DNA from: Sphingomonas sp.
Lineage (GTDB): Bacteria; Pseudomonadota; Alphaproteobacteria; Sphingomonadales; Sphingomonadaceae
Reading direction: 5' to 3'
Length of the DNA: 64,000 bases
NCBI GenBank assembly: GCA_965248885.1
Contig: OZ252211.1
Location: forward strand, 661,179-725,178
Positions 60,217 through 64,000 of the stretch are shown one piece after another. The first letter of the stretch is position 1. Every line of letters begins with the position of its first letter. A model generated the notes under the pieces. That model was not told where the DNA came from and ran no database searches. It saw only the letters and a list, made by a program, of their open reading frames with translations. The translations under genes and the position numbers were made by a program.

Positions 60217-60305
60217 CGGACGACTCCTCAAATGTCTACCGTGCGAAGGGTATATCAACGTTTCGCCGTGTAAAGCGATCGTTTCGTCGTCGCCGTCGAT
60301 TATGG

Positions 60306-60683
60306 TCAACCGTCCCAAACGTTGACGAGATGTTCGGGCAGCCGCCCGGGCCGGATCAGGATGACGTCGATGCGCACGTCGCCGCCGGGAAACGCATGTC
60401 GTGCCGACAGCGCGGCGGCGGCGGCCGCGACGCGTCGCAAGCGCAGCCGGTCGACCGCGTTGGCGAGTTCGGCGGCGCTGCCGCGCGTCTTGACCTCGAC
60501 AAACGCCGTCGTGCGAAAGCGGCGCGCGACGATGTCGACCTCGCCGACCGGGGTGCGGACGCGGCGGCCGACGATGCGCCAGCCCTTCATGCGCAGATAC
60601 CAGGCGGCGATGCGCTCGGCGCGGCGGCCGCGCGCCTCGGCCCCCTGCTTGTCGTTGCGCCGCACCGGCGTCGTACGTCTCAT
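60306..60683 (-). CDS. yraN: YraN-family (UPF0102) putative endonuclease
   Basis: AERIAAWYLRMKGWRIVGRRVRTPVGEVDIVARR...AFVEVKTR: YraN signature. ~125 aa. Confidence 0.75.
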   Translation of the reverse strand: MRRTTPVRRNDKQGAEARGRRAERIAAWYLRMKGWRIVGRRVRTPVGEVDIVARRFRTTAFVEVKTRGSAAELANAVDRLRLRRVAAAAAALSARHAFPGGDVRIDVILIRPGRLPEHLVNVWDG

Positions 60684-61513
60684 GCCGCGCCCTTGAGTTC
60701 GAGCGCGCGCGTATAGAGTGCGCGACGGTCGAGCCCGCTCGCAGTCGCGACTTCGCTCGCCGCGCGCCCGACGGGAAGCCGCGCCATCGCCTCGATCAGC
60801 GCCGCATCGGGGTCGAACACCGATTCGCGCGTACCGGGCGGCGCGATCATCAGGACGATCTCCCCCCTGGGCGGCGCGTCGGCATAGCGTTCGGCCAGTT
60901 CGACGAGCGTACCAGTGACGCATTCTTCGTGAAGCTTCGTCACTTCGCGGGCGACCGCAGCCTCGCGTTCGCCCAGGCCTTCGGCGAGCGCCGACAGCGT
61001 TGCAGCGAGGCGAGGGCCGCTTTCGTAGAACACCAACGTTGCGCGGACATGCGCGACCTCGGCGATGGCGGTGTCGCGTGCCCCGGGCTTGGCGGGCAGA
61101 AAGCCCATGAACAGGAAACGGTCGGTCGGCAGCCCCGCGAGCGTGAGCCCCGCGATCGCCGCGCAAGGCCCCGGGATGGTGACGATGGCATGCCCAGCCG
61201 CGCGCGCATCGCGGACGAGTTTATAGCCGGGATCGGAGATCAGCGGGGTCCCCGCGTCGCTCGCCAGCGCCACCGATTCGGACCCCATCCGCGCGACCAG
61301 CGACGGACGAAGCGCGTCGGCATTATGGTCGTGATAGGCGAGCATCGGACGCTTGACGCCGATGTGGTTGAGCAGCTTTCCCGTCACGCGGCTGTCCTCG
61401 ACCGCGAGCACATCAGCACGCGCGAGCACCGCCGCGGCGCGCGGCGACAGATCGCCGAGATTGCCGATCGGGGTCGCGACGATGTAGAGGCCAGGCGCAA
61501 GAGGTTCGGTCAT
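60680..61513 (-). CDS. rsmI: 16S rRNA (cytidine1402-2'-O)-methyltransferase
   Basis: Start MTEPLAPGLYIVATPIGNLGDLSPRAAAVLARADVLAVEDSR (tetrapyrrole-methylase fold). Divergent from lpoA. Confidence 0.9.
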   Translation of the reverse strand: MTEPLAPGLYIVATPIGNLGDLSPRAAAVLARADVLAVEDSRVTGKLLNHIGVKRPMLAYHDHNADALRPSLVARMGSESVALASDAGTPLISDPGYKLVRDARAAGHAIVTIPGPCAAIAGLTLAGLPTDRFLFMGFLPAKPGARDTAIAEVAHVRATLVFYESGPRLAATLSALAEGLGEREAAVAREVTKLHEECVTGTLVELAERYADAPPRGEIVLMIAPPGTRESVFDPDAALIEAMARLPVGRAASEVATASGLDRRALYTRALELKGAA

Positions 61514-61531
61514 ACGGGGATGTACGGGGTC

Positions 61532-62707
61532 ATGGCAGAGGTAAGCGTAGCGCTGCAAGTGCGTGTGGCCAGAGCGCTGGTCGTGGGTGCGCTCGCGCTG
61601 CTGTCGGCGTGTCAGGTGGTGCCCAAGGGGCCGCCGCGCACCGTCGATACCACGCCGCCGCCGACGCGGCCCGAACCCGTCACGCCAACGCTGCCGACCG
61701 ACACCGCGCGCAACCGTGTCGCGCTGCTCGTGCCGCTGTCGGGCGCGAACGCCGGGGTCGGCGAATCGATCGCCAACGCCGCCAACATGGCGGTGCTCGA
61801 CACCGGCGGGCGCGCGATCCGCGTGACGATGTACGATACCGCGGGCGGAGCGGCGGCGGCCGCGCAAAAGGCGGTGGCGGAGGGCAATCGGCTGATCCTG
61901 GGGCCGCTGCTCGCCGAGGACGTGCGCGCGGTCGCCCCGGTCGCGCGGGCGGCACGCGTTCCCGTCATCGCCTTTTCGAACGACACCGGGCTGGCGGGCA
62001 ACGGCACCTATGTGATGGGCTTTGCGCCGGGACAGTCGGTCGAACGCATCGTCAGCTATGCGCGTGGTAAAGGCATGAGCAAGTTCGGCGCACTCGTGCC
62101 CGCCGGGCTGTACGGGCAGCGTGCGTCGACCGCGATGCTGCGCGCGGTCGAGGCGGGCGGGGGACAGGTCGTCTCGCTCCAGACCTTCGACCGCACGGCG
62201 GGGTCGATCACGGCGGCGATCACACGGCTGGCGAAAACCGCGCCGTACGACGCGGTGCTGATCGCCGATTCGGCGCATACCGCATTGCAAGCCGCCCCGG
62301 TGCTGCGTGCGCGCGGGATGACGGGCTCACGGCTGCTCGGCACCGAATTGTGGAACACCGACGGCGCGGTCGGTACAAACCCCGCGCTGCGCGGCGCGTG
62401 GTTCGCGAGCGTTTCCGATGCCGTCTATGGCCAGCTCGCGACCAAATACCGCGTACGTTTCGGCAAGGGGCCGTACCGGCTCGCGAGCCTCGGCTATGAC
62501 GCGGTGCTGCTGGTGACGCGGATCGGCAACGAGTGGCGCGTCGGCGCGCCGTTCCCGGTGGCTCGGCTGAGCGACACAGGCGGGTTTACCGGCATCGACG
62601 GCGCGTTCCGCTTCGGCCGCGACGGCATCGCCGAGCGCGCGTTGGAGGTGCAGCAGGCGGGGGCTGGCGGGTTCATGGTCGTCGATCCGGCACCGCGGGG
62701 ATTTTAG
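61532..62707 (+). CDS. lpoA: penicillin-binding protein activator LpoA-like (YraM/LppC family) periplasmic lipoprotein
   Basis: Start MAEVSVALQVRVARALVVGALALLSACQ (lipobox), then a periplasmic-binding-protein-like domain. Divergent from rsmI, as in the E. coli rsmI / lpoA-yraN neighbourhood. Confidence 0.7.
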   Translation: MAEVSVALQVRVARALVVGALALLSACQVVPKGPPRTVDTTPPPTRPEPVTPTLPTDTARNRVALLVPLSGANAGVGESIANAANMAVLDTGGRAIRVTMYDTAGGAAAAAQKAVAEGNRLILGPLLAEDVRAVAPVARAARVPVIAFSNDTGLAGNGTYVMGFAPGQSVERIVSYARGKGMSKFGALVPAGLYGQRASTAMLRAVEAGGGQVVSLQTFDRTAGSITAAITRLAKTAPYDAVLIADSAHTALQAAPVLRARGMTGSRLLGTELWNTDGAVGTNPALRGAWFASVSDAVYGQLATKYRVRFGKGPYRLASLGYDAVLLVTRIGNEWRVGAPFPVARLSDTGGFTGIDGAFRFGRDGIAERALEVQQAGAGGFMVVDPAPRGF

Positions 62708-62767
62708 GCGAATGAGTAAGACATTTTAAGGCGCTCGGCGCAAAAGAGCTGGGAGGAGTTCAGCTCG

Positions 62768-63166
62768 ATGATCAGCGTTTGGAACAAGCGGGTTCCCCGG
62801 CCCTATTACGGACTGATGTTGGCTATCGTGATTTTGGCCATGATTTTGTTCGGAAAATCGCTTGGACTGCTATTTCTGATCTGGATGACGACTCTCGCCA
62901 TGGGTCGCCTCAACGATACCGGCTTGTCGCGTTGGCTGGCGCTCGTCCCGATCGCGTTCGTGTTCGGCGTGGCATTTGCGACACGCGCGGCGAACATTGC
63001 GATGCCAAATGCGCAGCACCCCGAATATTCTACGGCGGCGGGCAGCCTTTTCTTGCTCGCCTACGTTTCAATCGGCTTTTTCCCTGGCCAGAAGGATACC
63101 AATCGCTTCGGCCCACCCGCCAAGTCGGGTTGGGCTTTGGGTCAGCGAATCAAAATTCGCAGCTAA
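62768..63166 (+). CDS. DUF805-family inner-membrane protein
   Basis: 132 aa with three TM helices and a GRLNDTGLSRWLALVP motif typical of DUF805. Lower GC than its surroundings. Confidence 0.6.
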   Translation: MISVWNKRVPRPYYGLMLAIVILAMILFGKSLGLLFLIWMTTLAMGRLNDTGLSRWLALVPIAFVFGVAFATRAANIAMPNAQHPEYSTAAGSLFLLAYVSIGFFPGQKDTNRFGPPAKSGWALGQRIKIRS

Positions 63167-63176
63167 AGGTCAGTTG

Positions 63177-64000
63177 CTAGGCGACGACTTCGACTAGGAT
63201 CGCGTCGAGCACGCCGAAGCCGGCTTCGGTGATGCGCAACCGGGCACCTTCGCTCGCGACCAGCCCATGGCTTGCGAGCTTTGCGACGGCCGGCCAGTCG
63301 ACCGGGTCGGCCATGCCGCTGGCGTTGGCGACGCGCGCGACGTCGACGCCTTCGCGCAGCCGCAGCCCCATGACCAGTGCCTCACGCGCGCGGTCGCGGG
63401 GGGAGAGGGCGTCCTCGACTTGAATGCCGTGGCCGTTGCGCGCGACGGCGCCTAGCCAGTTCTCGGGTTTTTTGTGGCGCACTGTCGCCTGTCCGCCTCG
63501 CCGTCCGTGCGCGCCGGGACCGATGCCGACATAGTCGCCGTAGCGCCAGTAGGTCAGATTGTGGCGGCTCTCCGCGCCGATGCGTGCGTGGTTCGAGATT
63601 TCATAGGCAGGCAGCCCCGCCGACGCCATCGTCGCGCGCGTCGCGGTGAACAGGTCGGCGGCGGCGTCGGGGTCGAGTTCGGTCAGCGTCCCTTCGCGCA
63701 GCAGCGTGGCAAATTGCGTGCCGGGTTCGATCGTCAGCTGGTAGAGCGAGAGATGCTCGGTTCCGAAACTGAGCGCGCGGGCTAGCTCGGCGTGCCAGTC
63801 TGCGAGCGACTGGTCGGGGCGCGCGTAGATCAGGTCGAAGCTCACGCGCGCGAACGCCGCCTGCGCGGTGTCGAGCGCCGCCAGTCCTTCGGCGACCGAA
63901 TGCGCGCGACCGAGCCAGCCGAGCGTGGCGTCGTCGAGCGCCTGCAGCCCGAGCGACACGCGGTTTACGCCAGCACGCGCGAGATCGGCGAAACGCGCGG
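63177..64000 (-). CDS. hemW: radical-SAM heme chaperone HemW (coproporphyrinogen-III-oxidase-like), C-terminal part; N-terminus beyond the window
   Basis: ...VNRVSLGLQALDDATLGWLGRAHSVAEGLAALDTAQAAFARVSFDLIYARPDQSLADWHAELARALSFGTEHLSLYQLTIEPGTQF..., the HemW C-terminal domain. The frame continues to the window end. Confidence 0.8.
   Translation of the reverse strand, partial: ARFADLARAGVNRVSLGLQALDDATLGWLGRAHSVAEGLAALDTAQAAFARVSFDLIYARPDQSLADWHAELARALSFGTEHLSLYQLTIEPGTQFATLLREGTLTELDPDAAADLFTATRATMASAGLPAYEISNHARIGAESRHNLTYWRYGDYVGIGPGAHGRRGGQATVRHKKPENWLGAVARNGHGIQVEDALSPRDRAREALVMGLRLREGVDVARVANASGMADPVDWPAVAKLASHGLVASEGARLRITEAGFGVLDAILVEVVA

Overview
High-GC (~65-68%) alphaproteobacterial chromosome segment. 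Gene content and synteny look Sphingomonadaceae-like; that assignment is inference from content only. The window splits into two very different halves. (A) ~1-24,800 is a mosaic accessory region. It holds a decayed conjugative-element (ICE) remnant with Trb-type T4SS genes (DUF2274, trbI, a trbL/trbG fusion lacking trbF, trbK-alt, a trbJ fragment). Where trbB-E would sit there is instead an FHA / membrane Ser-Thr kinase / cytoplasmic papain-like (C1) peptidase three-gene module, which I flag as the most interesting candidate system. The region also carries an IS3-family element with a 4-bp CCAC target duplication, a marine-proteobacterial sortase/VIT-vWA target pair with a divergent XRE regulator, several LysR/TetR regulators, and many gene remnants: a frameshifted LysR, kinase, trbL and IS3 orfA, a truncated gcdH, and truncated GST and RND genes. 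Six frameshifts in this half sit at homopolymers or simple repeats. The ~35 core genes I checked to the right look intact, so true island decay is favoured over sequencing error, but both stay possible. (B) ~24,800-64,000 is conserved core: ygfA(MTHFS) with a candidate 6S RNA and zapA; tkt-gap-MOSC-pgk; fba; a split metH (two genes separated by a hairpin-rich spacer); metF with an ArsR/SAM-methyltransferase (SahR-like) regulator and its palindromic operator; folC-accD-trpA-(DUF1640 insertion)-trpB-trpF; lapA-pyrF; a patatin-like lipase; yraN-rsmI divergent from lpoA; and hemW (partial). No rRNA, CRISPR array or complete tRNA was seen. A tRNA-like T-arm fragment lies downstream of pgk. Manually derived start coordinates may be off by +/-1 to a few codons; ORF-track coordinates were used wherever possible.
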